Part shown: positions 9,303-17,879 of the stretch, one piece after another | Position numbering within the stretch: the first letter of the stretch is position 1 | Layout: every line of letters starts with the position of its first letter | Origin: an uncultured Chloroflexia bacterium | Lineage (GTDB): Bacteria > Chloroflexota > Limnocylindria > Limnocylindrales > CSP1-4 | Direction: 5' to 3' | NCBI GenBank assembly: GCA_963833225.1 | Contig: CAWHXD010000014.1 | Coordinates: forward strand, 43,124 to 107,123 | DNA length: 64,000 nt | The notes under the pieces: generated by a model | Told to the model about the DNA's origin: nothing | What the model saw: only the letters and a program-made list of their open reading frames with translations | Database searches by the model: none | Translations under genes and position numbers: made by a program

Positions 9303-10758
9303 ACGAGCGAGCGATCGTGGGCCGCCAGTCCACGTTCAAGGGTGTCACTCCGACATAAGCCCCCGATAAGGGCGATGTCGTTGACTGCACGTCCACGCCC
9401 GCCGCGTCAGCGAGGGACCGGTCATGGGCGAGACGAAGCTCGAGCGCCTGATCCACGAACGGCAGCGGGCGCTACGCCGGGCCCTCGCCGCGGAGCTGCG
9501 GCGGGTGCTCGAGACGGAGGGGCTGAGCCTGCGGGCGCTCGGTGCGGCGGTCGGCGTGGACCCGAGTCACCTGTCGCGGGTCCTGGGCGAAGCCAGCGGC
9601 ATCAGCCACGACGCCCTCGTCGCCGTCGCAACGGGCCTCGGCTACGACGTGTCGTTTCGCCTCTTCGAGTCTGTCGGCCCGCGCGTCCGGGACCGGATCC
9701 AGGTCCGGATGATCGAGGCACTGCTCGCCGCGCTCCATCCGCGGTGGCTGGCGCGCTTGGAGGTTGCCGTCTACCGGCCCGTGCGCGGCGTGATCGACAT
9801 CGTGCTCCAGGATCGCGAGACGTCGGGCCTGGTGGCCGGCGAAGGTCACAGCCTCCTCTCGAGCGTCGAGCAGCAGGTGCGCTGGGCCGGGCAGAAGGCC
9901 GATGCGCTGCCGTCCGCGAACGGGTTCCCCTGGGCGGACGGTCCGATCCCGCCTCGTGTGGGCCGCCTGCTCCTGCTCCGCTCCTGTGCCGCCAACCACC
10001 GGCTGGTCGCATCGTTCCCGGAGACGTTCCGGGCCGCCTACCCGGACTCGACCGAGGTGGCGGTGGCGGCCCTGCGGCACGGCGACCGCGCCTGGCCCGG
10101 GGCCGCGATCCTGTGGGTGTCCGTGGACGGGGCCGGGACCCGGCTCATGGACTCGGTGCCGCGGGCGGCGCTCATCGGCGGCCGCTGAGTGCGGCACCGG
10201 GGGCGATCCAGTCCGGCAGGAGGTGGACATCGCGATGACGTCTCGCTGAGGCTCCGCGACCCGGGCCTGAAATGGCGCCGGGTCAGGCCGCGCGCAGGCC
10301 CGTGCGCTGGTGTGGCTTCGGGCTGTGGTCGAGGCTCGCGCACGCCTGGCCGTCGGCATCGCGCGCTTCACACCGACCCGGCATCAGCACCTGGCCAGCT
10401 GGCGCCTCCATCCACTCGGTGATGTTCGGCGCGCTGTTCTTCATGACCCAAGCATCGGGCGCACTTCGCCGTCACGCAAGGACCTGAACGTCCCGCGCCC
10501 TGCCGCAACGGCAAGGCGTCGGTCAAGATCAATCGGTGTGCCGACCACCTGTCGGAGCGGATCGCCACTTGCTGCCGCACCCAGCGCTCGTTGACTCCGG
10601 GTCCACGGTCTCGCCGCCCGGGGATGATCGGCGGCGCGAACGGTGTCCCGGAGGCCCCGAAGTCGGGTATGCCGGTGCGGACGTGGACTGCCGGTCCACG
10701 GATCCGCCGCTGGGGGATCCATCTCGGCGAATCCGGTGCCTGGCAGGCAACGGCCAGG
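9217..10758. mobile_element. Putative inverted-repeat-bounded element carrying an HTH + nuclease-like gene (copy 1)
   Basis: 9217-9302 aligns without gaps to the reverse complement of 10673-10758 in two conserved blocks with identical 20-bp spacing; weaker similarity extends to about 9337/10638. No recognisable transposase. Confidence 0.5.
9424..10188 (+). CDS. XRE-family HTH protein with C-terminal PD-(D/E)XK/restriction-endonuclease-like domain
   Basis: GLSLRALGAAVGVDPSHLSRVLG HTH; C-terminal RLEV...RGVIDIVL...VAGEGHS...RLLLLRS pattern; homologous in layout to 48885-49541. Confidence 0.75.
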   Translation: MGETKLERLIHERQRALRRALAAELRRVLETEGLSLRALGAAVGVDPSHLSRVLGEASGISHDALVAVATGLGYDVSFRLFESVGPRVRDRIQVRMIEALLAALHPRWLARLEVAVYRPVRGVIDIVLQDRETSGLVAGEGHSLLSSVEQQVRWAGQKADALPSANGFPWADGPIPPRVGRLLLLRSCAANHRLVASFPETFRAAYPDSTEVAVAALRHGDRAWPGAAILWVSVDGAGTRLMDSVPRAALIGGR

Positions 10759-10775
10759 GAGCGGCTGCAGCCGGG

Positions 10776-11228
10776 TCAATCCCCGGCGCGCGCCTCCAGG
10801 GCGGCGAGGTGCTCGGCGTCATGGTTCGCGGCGACGCCCAGCAGCCCCGCGACGTCCAGCCGGCCATAGGTCGCGTGGATCCCGGCCCGGGCCCAGCCCG
10901 CCTCGTCGAGCACGGCGATCCGCGCCAGGGTTGCCGACCGCTCCGCCCCGAACACCGCGAGCGCGCCCTCGAGCGACGCCGCGGCCGGCTCGTCGACCGG
11001 ACCCGGCTCGGTCCAGGACCACTGTGGCTCGGCGCGTCCGGGCCCCAGCAGGTCGAGCCGCGCCTGCCAGACGTCCCGCTCGACCGCGACCAGGTGAGCG
11101 ACGACGTCTCGCGCCGTCCACTCGCCGGCCGGCGGCCCGGACACGGCCTCGCGGGCAACCACGGACCGCGCCACGGCCCCCATGAGGGCCGGAAGGGCAC
11201 CCAGCCGCGCGACCACCTCGGCGTCCAT
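10776..11228 (-). CDS. DinB family protein
   Basis: MDAEVV...GEWTARDVVAHL...HDAEHL (DinB His motifs); ATG 2 bp after the MttB stop. Confidence 0.8.
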   Translation of the reverse strand: MDAEVVARLGALPALMGAVARSVVAREAVSGPPAGEWTARDVVAHLVAVERDVWQARLDLLGPGRAEPQWSWTEPGPVDEPAAASLEGALAVFGAERSATLARIAVLDEAGWARAGIHATYGRLDVAGLLGVAANHDAEHLAALEARAGD

Positions 11229-11230
11229 CG

Positions 11231-12772
11231 CTAGATGTCCGAGTCCGGGGACGCCGCCTTGGCCTTCGCGACGAACTCCCGCAGCGCCTCGTCCACGCCC
11301 ACGTCCAGCGGCGGCGCGACGTACTCCGCCAGCATCTTCTTCCAGATCGTGTTCGCCCGCTGCGGCGCGTCGAGCGACCCTTCCTCGAGCCACTGCTCGA
11401 AGCTGTTGTTGTCGGCGACATCGGACCGGTAGAACGCGGTCTCGAAGTTGGCCAGCGTGTGCGCGGTGCCCAGGAAGTGCTGGCCGGGCACGTTCTCGAG
11501 GATCGCGTCCACGGCCTGCCCGTTCTCGGACATGTCGACGCCGTTCACGAACACGCCCATCATCCCGCACTGGTCGGCGTCGAGGACGAACTTCTCGTAG
11601 CCCATGGTCAGCCCGCCCTCGAGCCAGCCGGCGGCGTGGAGCACGAAGTTCACGCCGCCGAGGACGGTCGGCTGGAGGGTGGCGGCGGACTCGTAGGCGG
11701 CCTGCGCATCGGGGACCTTGGACGCGCACAGCGACCCGCCGGACCGGAACGGGACCCCCAGCCGGCGGGCGAGGGCGGCCATCGTGTACAGGACCAGCGC
11801 GGGCTCCGGGGTGCCGAAGGTCGGGGCGCCGGACTGCATCGAGATCGAGCTCGCGAACGAGCCGAACACGACGGGGGCACCGGGCCGCACGAGCTGCACG
11901 AAGGCCATCCCGGCGAGCGCCTCGGCGAGGGTCTGGGCGCACACGCCGGCCGCGGTGACCGGTGCCATGGCGCCGGCGAGGATGAACGGCGTGATCAGGG
12001 TCGCCTGGTTGGCGAGGGCGTAGGTCCTCGCGGCGCCCAGCATGCTCGCGTCCCACACCAGCGGGGAGCTGGCGTTGATCAGCGAGAGCAGGACGGTGTG
12101 GTCCTCGAGGGAGTCCTCGCCAAACACGATCCGCGCCATGTCCACCGTGTCCTGCGCGCGTGACGGCGCGGTCACCGAACCCATGAACGGCTTGTCGCTG
12201 TAGCGGATGTGGGCGTCGACCATGTCCAGGTGGCGCTTGTTGACGGGCAGGTCGACGGGCTCGCAGACGGTGCCGCCGCTGTGGTGCAGGTGCGGGCTCG
12301 CGTAGGCGAGCTTCACGAAGTTGCGGAAGTCCTCGATCGTCCCGTACCGGCGCCCACCGTCGAGGTCGCGGACGAACGGCGAGCCATAGGCCGGCGCGAA
12401 CACGGTCGCGTTGCCGCCGATCCGGACGCTCCGCGCCGGGTTGCGGGCGTGCTGGATGAACTCGCGCGGCGCGGATGCCCCGACGATGGACCGGCACATG
12501 CCGCGCGGGAAGCGGACCCGCTCGCCCTCGACATCGGCCCCGGCGTCGTGCAGGAGGGCCAGGGCCTCGGGGTCGCCGCGGAACTCCAGGCCCACCTCGG
12601 CGAGGATGGTGTCCGCGTTGTGCTCGATGAGCGACAGCCCCTCCTCGCCCAGGACCTCGAACGGGGTGAGGGTCCGGGTCAGGAACGGGATGCTCTGCGC
12701 GTGGGCGTGTGCCCGTGCCGCCTGGCGTGCCGCCCGGCCACCGGACCGGCGATGGGTGGTCTCCTCGATCAT
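11231..12772 (-). CDS. Trimethylamine/glycine-betaine methyltransferase (MttB/MtgB family, non-pyrrolysine)
   Basis: 513 aa from ATG ATC GAG at 12772; APAYGSPFV, HHSGGTVCEPVD, DKPFMGSV, GAPTFGTPE, ASKVPDAQA, HAAGWLEGG; ATGA overlap with the upstream gene stop. Confidence 0.92.
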   Translation of the reverse strand: MIEETTHRRSGGRAARQAARAHAHAQSIPFLTRTLTPFEVLGEEGLSLIEHNADTILAEVGLEFRGDPEALALLHDAGADVEGERVRFPRGMCRSIVGASAPREFIQHARNPARSVRIGGNATVFAPAYGSPFVRDLDGGRRYGTIEDFRNFVKLAYASPHLHHSGGTVCEPVDLPVNKRHLDMVDAHIRYSDKPFMGSVTAPSRAQDTVDMARIVFGEDSLEDHTVLLSLINASSPLVWDASMLGAARTYALANQATLITPFILAGAMAPVTAAGVCAQTLAEALAGMAFVQLVRPGAPVVFGSFASSISMQSGAPTFGTPEPALVLYTMAALARRLGVPFRSGGSLCASKVPDAQAAYESAATLQPTVLGGVNFVLHAAGWLEGGLTMGYEKFVLDADQCGMMGVFVNGVDMSENGQAVDAILENVPGQHFLGTAHTLANFETAFYRSDVADNNSFEQWLEEGSLDAPQRANTIWKKMLAEYVAPPLDVGVDEALREFVAKAKAASPDSDI

Positions 12773-14815
12773 CGGATGTCCTCCGGGACGACTGCTGGCT
12801 CGATGGGGGTGGATCTGCGGCTGCGGCGCCGGCCATCGCGGGAGCCGGCATCGGAAGGGCGTCGCTCGGGCAGCGCAACGGCCTGGGACAGGAAGGTTGG
12901 CGGCGCCGTCCGGTGCGGGATCGCGAGCGCCTCGACGAAGTGGGCCTGGAACCGTGGCTCCACGGCGGTCTCCACCTTCTCCACCCGGCGGACGACGGAC
13001 TCGATCTCCGTCGCGCTTGTCTCGGGCGAGCAGCGCGAGCAGGGCGCCGGTGCCCGCGGCGTTGCCGATGGACGAGACGTGGGCGAGGTCGCAGTCGGGG
13101 ATGAGCCCCAGGACCATGGCGTGCATCGGGTCGATGTGGCTGCCAAAGGCCCCGGCAAGCCGCACCTCGTCCACGGTATCGACGCCCAGCTGGTCCATGA
13201 GCAGGCGCGCGCCGGCGTACAGGGCGGCCTTGGCGAGCTGGATCGCGCGCACGTCGTCCTGCGTGATCGTGATCGCCGGCGACCCGTCGTGCAGCAGGTA
13301 CGAGAAGGTGCGTCCCCTGGCCCGGATCCGCGGCGTCCGCGCGGCCAGCGAGCCGTCGATGACCCCGTCCGCGGTGACGACCCCGGCCAGGAACAGCTCA
13401 GCGATCGCCTCGATGATCCCGGAGCCACAGATGCCGGTCACGCCGACATCGGCGATGGCATCCTCGAACCCCGCTTCGTCAGACCACCGGTCGCTGCCGA
13501 TGACCCGGAACCGCGGCTCGAGCGACACGGGGTCGATCCGCACCCGCTCGATGGCGCCCGGCGCGGCCCGCTGGCCGCTGCTGATCTGGGCGCCCTCGAA
13601 CGCTGGGCCGGTGGGGCTCGAGGCCGCGAGCAGGCGGTCGCGGTTGCCCAGGACGATCTCCGCGTTGGTGCCGACGTCGACGAGCAACCGGATCGGCACC
13701 GCCTTGTGCGGCTCGTCGGCGAGGATCACGCCTGCCGTGTCCGCGCCCACGTGCCCGGCGATGCACGGCAGCACGTACGCCCGTGCGCCCGGCCGCAGGG
13801 AGGCCAGCTCGAGCCCCGCGGCCGTGGTCCGCACGGGCCGGTCCGTCGCCAGCGCGAACGGCGCGGACCCGAGCTCGACGGGGTCGATGCCCAGGAACAG
13901 GTGGTGCATGATCGGGTTGCCGACGAGCGTCAGCTCCAGCACGTCGTCGCGCGGCACGCCGCCCCCGTCGACGAGCCGCCCGATCAGCTCGTCGAGCGCG
14001 GTGCGCACGGCCCGCGTCATCTCCGCGGCGCCGCCCTCGTTGAGCATCGCGTACGAGACGCGGCTCATGAGGTCCTCGCCGAACCGGATCTGCGGGTTCA
14101 TCAGGCCCGCGGAGGCCAGCACCTCGCCGGAGCCCAGGTTCGCGAGGTGGCCCGCGATCGTGGTCGAGCCCACGTCGATGGCGATGCCGTACACGGCCTC
14201 GTGCAGGCCCGGCCAGGCGGCGATCACGTCACGCCCGTCGTGGACCGCGACCGTGACGCCCCACGACCCGGCCCGCAGCGTGTGCTGGAGCCCGCGCAGG
14301 ACCAGGAGGTCCACCGCGAGGTCCCGCAGCCCCCACTCGCGCTCCAGCGCCTCGAGGAGCCGCGCGAGGTCGCCCGTGGGCGAGGCGAGGTCGGGCTGGG
14401 TGACCTCCACGTAGTGGAGCCGGACGACGGGATCGACGCGGAACCGGCGCAGATCCAGGCTCTTGCGCACGACCTGGCGGTGGACCTGGGATTCGGCCGG
14501 GACATCGATGACGAGGTCGCCGCGGATCTCCGCGGTGCACGAGAGGCGCCGGCCGTCGGCCATCCCCTTGCGGTCCCGGTAGGCGGCCTCCTTCGCTCCG
14601 AACGGTGACAGGTTCCCCTCGGCCGACGTGATGCCGTGCTTGGCGAAGTCGCCCACGGACTGGACCACCTGGCAGCGCCCGCAGATGCCGCGCGTGCCGC
14701 ACACGGAGTCGATGTCGACGCCCAGGGCGCGGGCGGCATCGAGCACCGTCGTCCCCAGGCGAGCCCGCCCGCGCCGGCCCGATGGGGTGAACACGACCAG
14801 CGCGTCGTCGGCCAC
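12769..14815 (-). CDS. ASKHA-domain/2Fe-2S reductive activator of corrinoid proteins (RamA/RACo-like); 1-bp frameshift near 13013
   Basis: N-terminal CGTRGICGRC...RLSC ferredoxin; DVGSTT, GEDLMSR, DVGTNAE, GPAFEG, GICGSG, LAGAFG, GNAAGTGA; the C-terminus (EIESVVRRVEKVETAVEPRFQ...) continues in another frame to a stop at 12769. Confidence 0.88.
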
Positions 14816-14847
14816 GGTTGGTGGGTCCTCGCCCTGTGCCGCCGGCC

Positions 14848-15759
14848 TCAGCCGACCCCGGCGCCCGCCCGACGGCGATTGACGCGGCGTCCCTGCTCGC
14901 CCTCGAGGGGCGCAACGCGGAAGGCGCGGATCCAGCGGGAGGCATCTCGATCGTTGCCCATCAGGACGTCCGCCGCCATCACCGCGTGCTTGACGCCCTC
15001 CGCGATCGGGTTCGTGATCGCGGACGTGAGGCCGCTCGCGATGGCCATCGCGAGGAAGGCGCCGTTGACCCCCTCGCGGTTCGGCAGGCCAAAGCTCACG
15101 TTGGACGCGCCACAGGTCGTGTTGACGCCCAGGTCGTCGCGCAACCGGCCAAGCAGGCGGAAGACGCCCCGGCCTGCGGTCGAGACCGCGCCGATCGGCA
15201 TGACCAGCGGGTCCACCACGATGTCCTCGCGGGGGATCCCGTGGTCCGCCGCGCGCTCCACGATCTTCTTCGCGACCGCGAACCGGACGTCGGGGTCCAT
15301 CGAGATCCCGGTCTCATCGTTGGAGATGGCCACGACGGCGGCGCCGTACTTGCGGACGAGCGGCAGGACGCGCTCCAGGCGCTCGTCCTCGCCGGTGACC
15401 GAGTTCACCAGGGCCTTGCCCTGGTAGACCGCGAGGCCGGCCTCGAGCGCGTCCACGATGGACGAATCGATGGACAGAGGCAGGTCGGTGAGCGACTGGA
15501 CGAGCTGGATGGTCCGCGCGAGGATCGCCGGCTCGTCGGCGAGGGGGATCCCGGCATTCACATCGAGCATGTGGGCGCCGGCCTCGACCTGGGCGAGGAC
15601 ATCGCGCTCCACGCGCGAGAAGTCGCCGGCGGCCATCTCGGCGGCAAGGATCTTGCGACCGGTGGGGTTGATCCGCTCGCCGATGATCACGAACGGGCGG
15701 TCGCCGCCGATGATGACCTCGCGGGTCGCGGAGCTGATGACGGTGTGGGCCACGGTCAC
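14848..15759 (-). CDS. Pterin-binding methyltetrahydrofolate:corrinoid methyltransferase (MeTr/AcsE-like)
   Basis: IIGERINPTGRK, LDVNAG, LSIDSS, LVNSV, DPLVMP, GASNVSFGLP. Confidence 0.92.
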   Translation of the reverse strand: MTVAHTVISSATREVIIGGDRPFVIIGERINPTGRKILAAEMAAGDFSRVERDVLAQVEAGAHMLDVNAGIPLADEPAILARTIQLVQSLTDLPLSIDSSIVDALEAGLAVYQGKALVNSVTGEDERLERVLPLVRKYGAAVVAISNDETGISMDPDVRFAVAKKIVERAADHGIPREDIVVDPLVMPIGAVSTAGRGVFRLLGRLRDDLGVNTTCGASNVSFGLPNREGVNGAFLAMAIASGLTSAITNPIAEGVKHAVMAADVLMGNDRDASRWIRAFRVAPLEGEQGRRVNRRRAGAGVG

Positions 15760-15770
15760 GATCTCCCGGC

Positions 15771-16466
15771 TCAGGCGGCGCCGGCGCGGCGGGCCAGGAT
15801 CAGCTGCTTCGCCGTTTCGGATGCCACCGCGGCATCGCGGCAGTACGCGTCCGCGCCCACGGCCTTCGCAAAGTCCTCGTTGAGCGGCGCTCCCCCCACG
15901 AGCACGATGTAGTCGTCCCGGATGCCGCGGCTGGCGAGCTCGCCGATCACGACCTTCATGTACGGCATCGTGGTGGTGAGCAGTGCGGACATGCCCAGGA
16001 TGTCCGGCTTGTGCTCCTCGAGCGCGGCCAGGAACTTCTCGACGTCGGTGTTGATGCCCAGGTCGACCACCTCGAAGCCGGCTCCCTCGAGCATCATCCC
16101 GACCAGGTTCTTGCCGATGTCGTGGATGTCGCCCTTGACCGTCCCGATGACCACCTTGCCGATCGGCTTGGCTCCCGTCTCGGCCAGCAGCGGCCGGAGG
16201 ATCGCCATGCCCTTCTTCATCGCGTTGGCGGCGAGCAGGACCTCGGGCACGAACAGGATCCCGTCTCGGAAGTCCACGCCGACGATGCGCATGCCCTCGA
16301 CCAGCGCCTCGTTGAGGACCCGGTCGGGTCCCCAGCCTCGCGAGAGCAGCAGGTTCGTTCCCTCGGTGATCTCATCCGCCAGCCCGTCGTACAGGTCGTT
16401 GTGCATCTGCTCGACGAGCTCCTCGTCGGTCAGGCTCGAGAGGTCCAGCTCCTGGTCGTCGCTCAT
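15771..16466 (-). CDS. Corrinoid (B12-binding) methyltransferase protein
   Basis: FVPEVLLAA, GTVKGDIHDIGKNLV (DxHxxG), SALLTTTM, GGAP; GAGGAGG RBS. Confidence 0.95.
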   Translation of the reverse strand: MSDDQELDLSSLTDEELVEQMHNDLYDGLADEITEGTNLLLSRGWGPDRVLNEALVEGMRIVGVDFRDGILFVPEVLLAANAMKKGMAILRPLLAETGAKPIGKVVIGTVKGDIHDIGKNLVGMMLEGAGFEVVDLGINTDVEKFLAALEEHKPDILGMSALLTTTMPYMKVVIGELASRGIRDDYIVLVGGAPLNEDFAKAVGADAYCRDAAVASETAKQLILARRAGAA

Positions 16467-16592
16467 GTGTCGGCCTCCTCGGGCAGTCTGGCCCGGGTCC
16501 GACGGTGGGACGGCCGTCGGTCGATGGCTCCGTGGTCGAAGTGGTGGGCGGTGCGGCGATCGAGGCGCGGTTCCTGGTTCGGCAAGGGTCTT

Positions 16593-16627
16593 GTTCCGCG
16601 ATGTGGAACGATGCCGTATGATGGAAC
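16593..16627. promoter_or_regulatory. Probable IclR operator between the divergent corrinoid operon and iclR
   Basis: Palindrome GTTCCGC-GAT-GTGGAAC (16593-16609) plus a second half-site ending ATGGAAC; TATGAT at 16617-16622. Confidence 0.55.
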
Positions 16628-16664
16628 GCGCGCGACCCCGGAAGCGTAGCCCACGGAGACCCTC

Positions 16665-17424
16665 GTGTCCAGAGTCCAGTCCATCGAGCGAGCGTTCACC
16701 ATCCTCACCGCGCTGGGTGGCGGTCCGCTCGGCGTGACCGAGGTCGCGGAGCGCGTGGACCTCCCCAAGAGCACCGTCGCCCGGCTGCTCGCGGCGCTTG
16801 CCACAGAGGGGGCGGTGGAGCAGGCCGCTGGCGGCACGCGACTACCGGATCGGCCAGCGGCTGGTGGGCCTGGCCTCGGGCGTCGTCCCCACCCGGAGCC
16901 TGGTCGCGGTCGCGCGCCCGCACCTGGTGGAGCTGGCGGCCACGACCGGGGAGACGGCCGGCCTCTCGATCCCGGACGGGTTCCTCGTCCACTACATCGA
17001 CCAGGAAGCCACGTCGCACGCCGTGGGGGTCCGCGACTGGACGGGGACGCGGCTGCCGATGCATGCCGTCTCGTCGGGGCTCGTGTTCCTCGCCGGCCTC
17101 GCGCCGTCCGAGGTCGACCGGTTCCTCGCGACCCCGCTGGAGCGGTTCGTTCCGGGAACGGTGACCGACCCACAGCAGATCCGCGAGCGGCTCCGGCGCG
17201 CCCAGGTGGACGGCGTCGCGTGGACGCATGACGAGGTTGCCGAGGGGATCAGCTCGGTGGCGGCCGCCGTCGCCGACGCGTCCGGCGAGGTCGTGGCTGC
17301 GCTCCACGTGCACGGGCCGTCCTACCGGTTCCCGGGTCCCGGTGGGGGCGACCAGGTTCGGGTCGAGGAGGCGCTGGTCGACGCGGCGGCCCGCGTCTCG
17401 CTCAGCCTGCGCCGGGCGGGCTGA
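16665..17424 (+). CDS. IclR family regulator; 1-bp frameshift near 16839
   Basis: VQSIERAFTIL...LPKSTVARLL HTH in one frame; YRIG...GETAGLS...LPMHAVSSG...GISSVAA...HVHGP effector domain in another frame. Confidence 0.88.
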
Positions 17425-17523
17425 GCGCGCCCCGCCCGGCTCCGCGGCGGGCATCCCGGCGGAGCTCGCGCGTCGCAGTTCGCGGCGTCCCGCCCGGCTC
17501 CGTGGCGGGCAGGCCCTTCGACA

Positions 17524-17750
17524 TTGCCCCGGTTATCACCCCCGGCCGCTATACGCGCGGATCTTGGCCCGATTCCGCACCGCGTACCGGTCCCTGCTGA
17601 TCCATGTGGCGCCCAGGTCGCGATTCGCCGTTGCTGGAGCGTTCAGGGCTGATATCTGGGGCAAGGGCGGCGAACCGGCGGCGAACCGTGGCCGGCGAAC
17701 CGGCGGCGAACCGTGGCCGGCGAACCGTCGCGGGCGAACCGGCGGCGATC
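17524..17750. repeat. Intergenic fold-back plus tandem GGCGAACC repeats
   Basis: ttgccccggttatcacccc (17524-17542) pairs with gggctgatatctggggcaa (17646-17664), 16/19; then ggcgaaccggcggcgaaccgtggcc x2 plus partial copies. Confidence 0.65.
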
Positions 17751-17879
17751 CGAGGCCCGCGAGCCGAGCTGGCATCGCAGCCCGAGACCGCGGGCACCGC
17801 GACCCGAGGCCGCGCGGGGCACGAAGACGCCGGCGACCGCCCGGGGAAGGCGATCGCCGGCGTGGACGCGGGGAGAAGG

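Noticed and set aside
2594-12772. Pyrrolysine read-through in the MttB genes
   Set aside because: Both ORFs are full length with Met/Leu at the Pyl-equivalent position and no in-frame TAG.
11231-14815. 1194-aa RamA-MttB fusion ORF
   Set aside because: The junction is out-of-frame junk; the true activator C-terminus is in another frame and its TGA overlaps the MttB ATG. Explained by one frameshift.
16467-16600. Cobalamin riboswitch before the corrinoid gene
   Set aside because: Only a vague GCCAGACTGCC; no GGGAA/GCCACTG core and the region is short.
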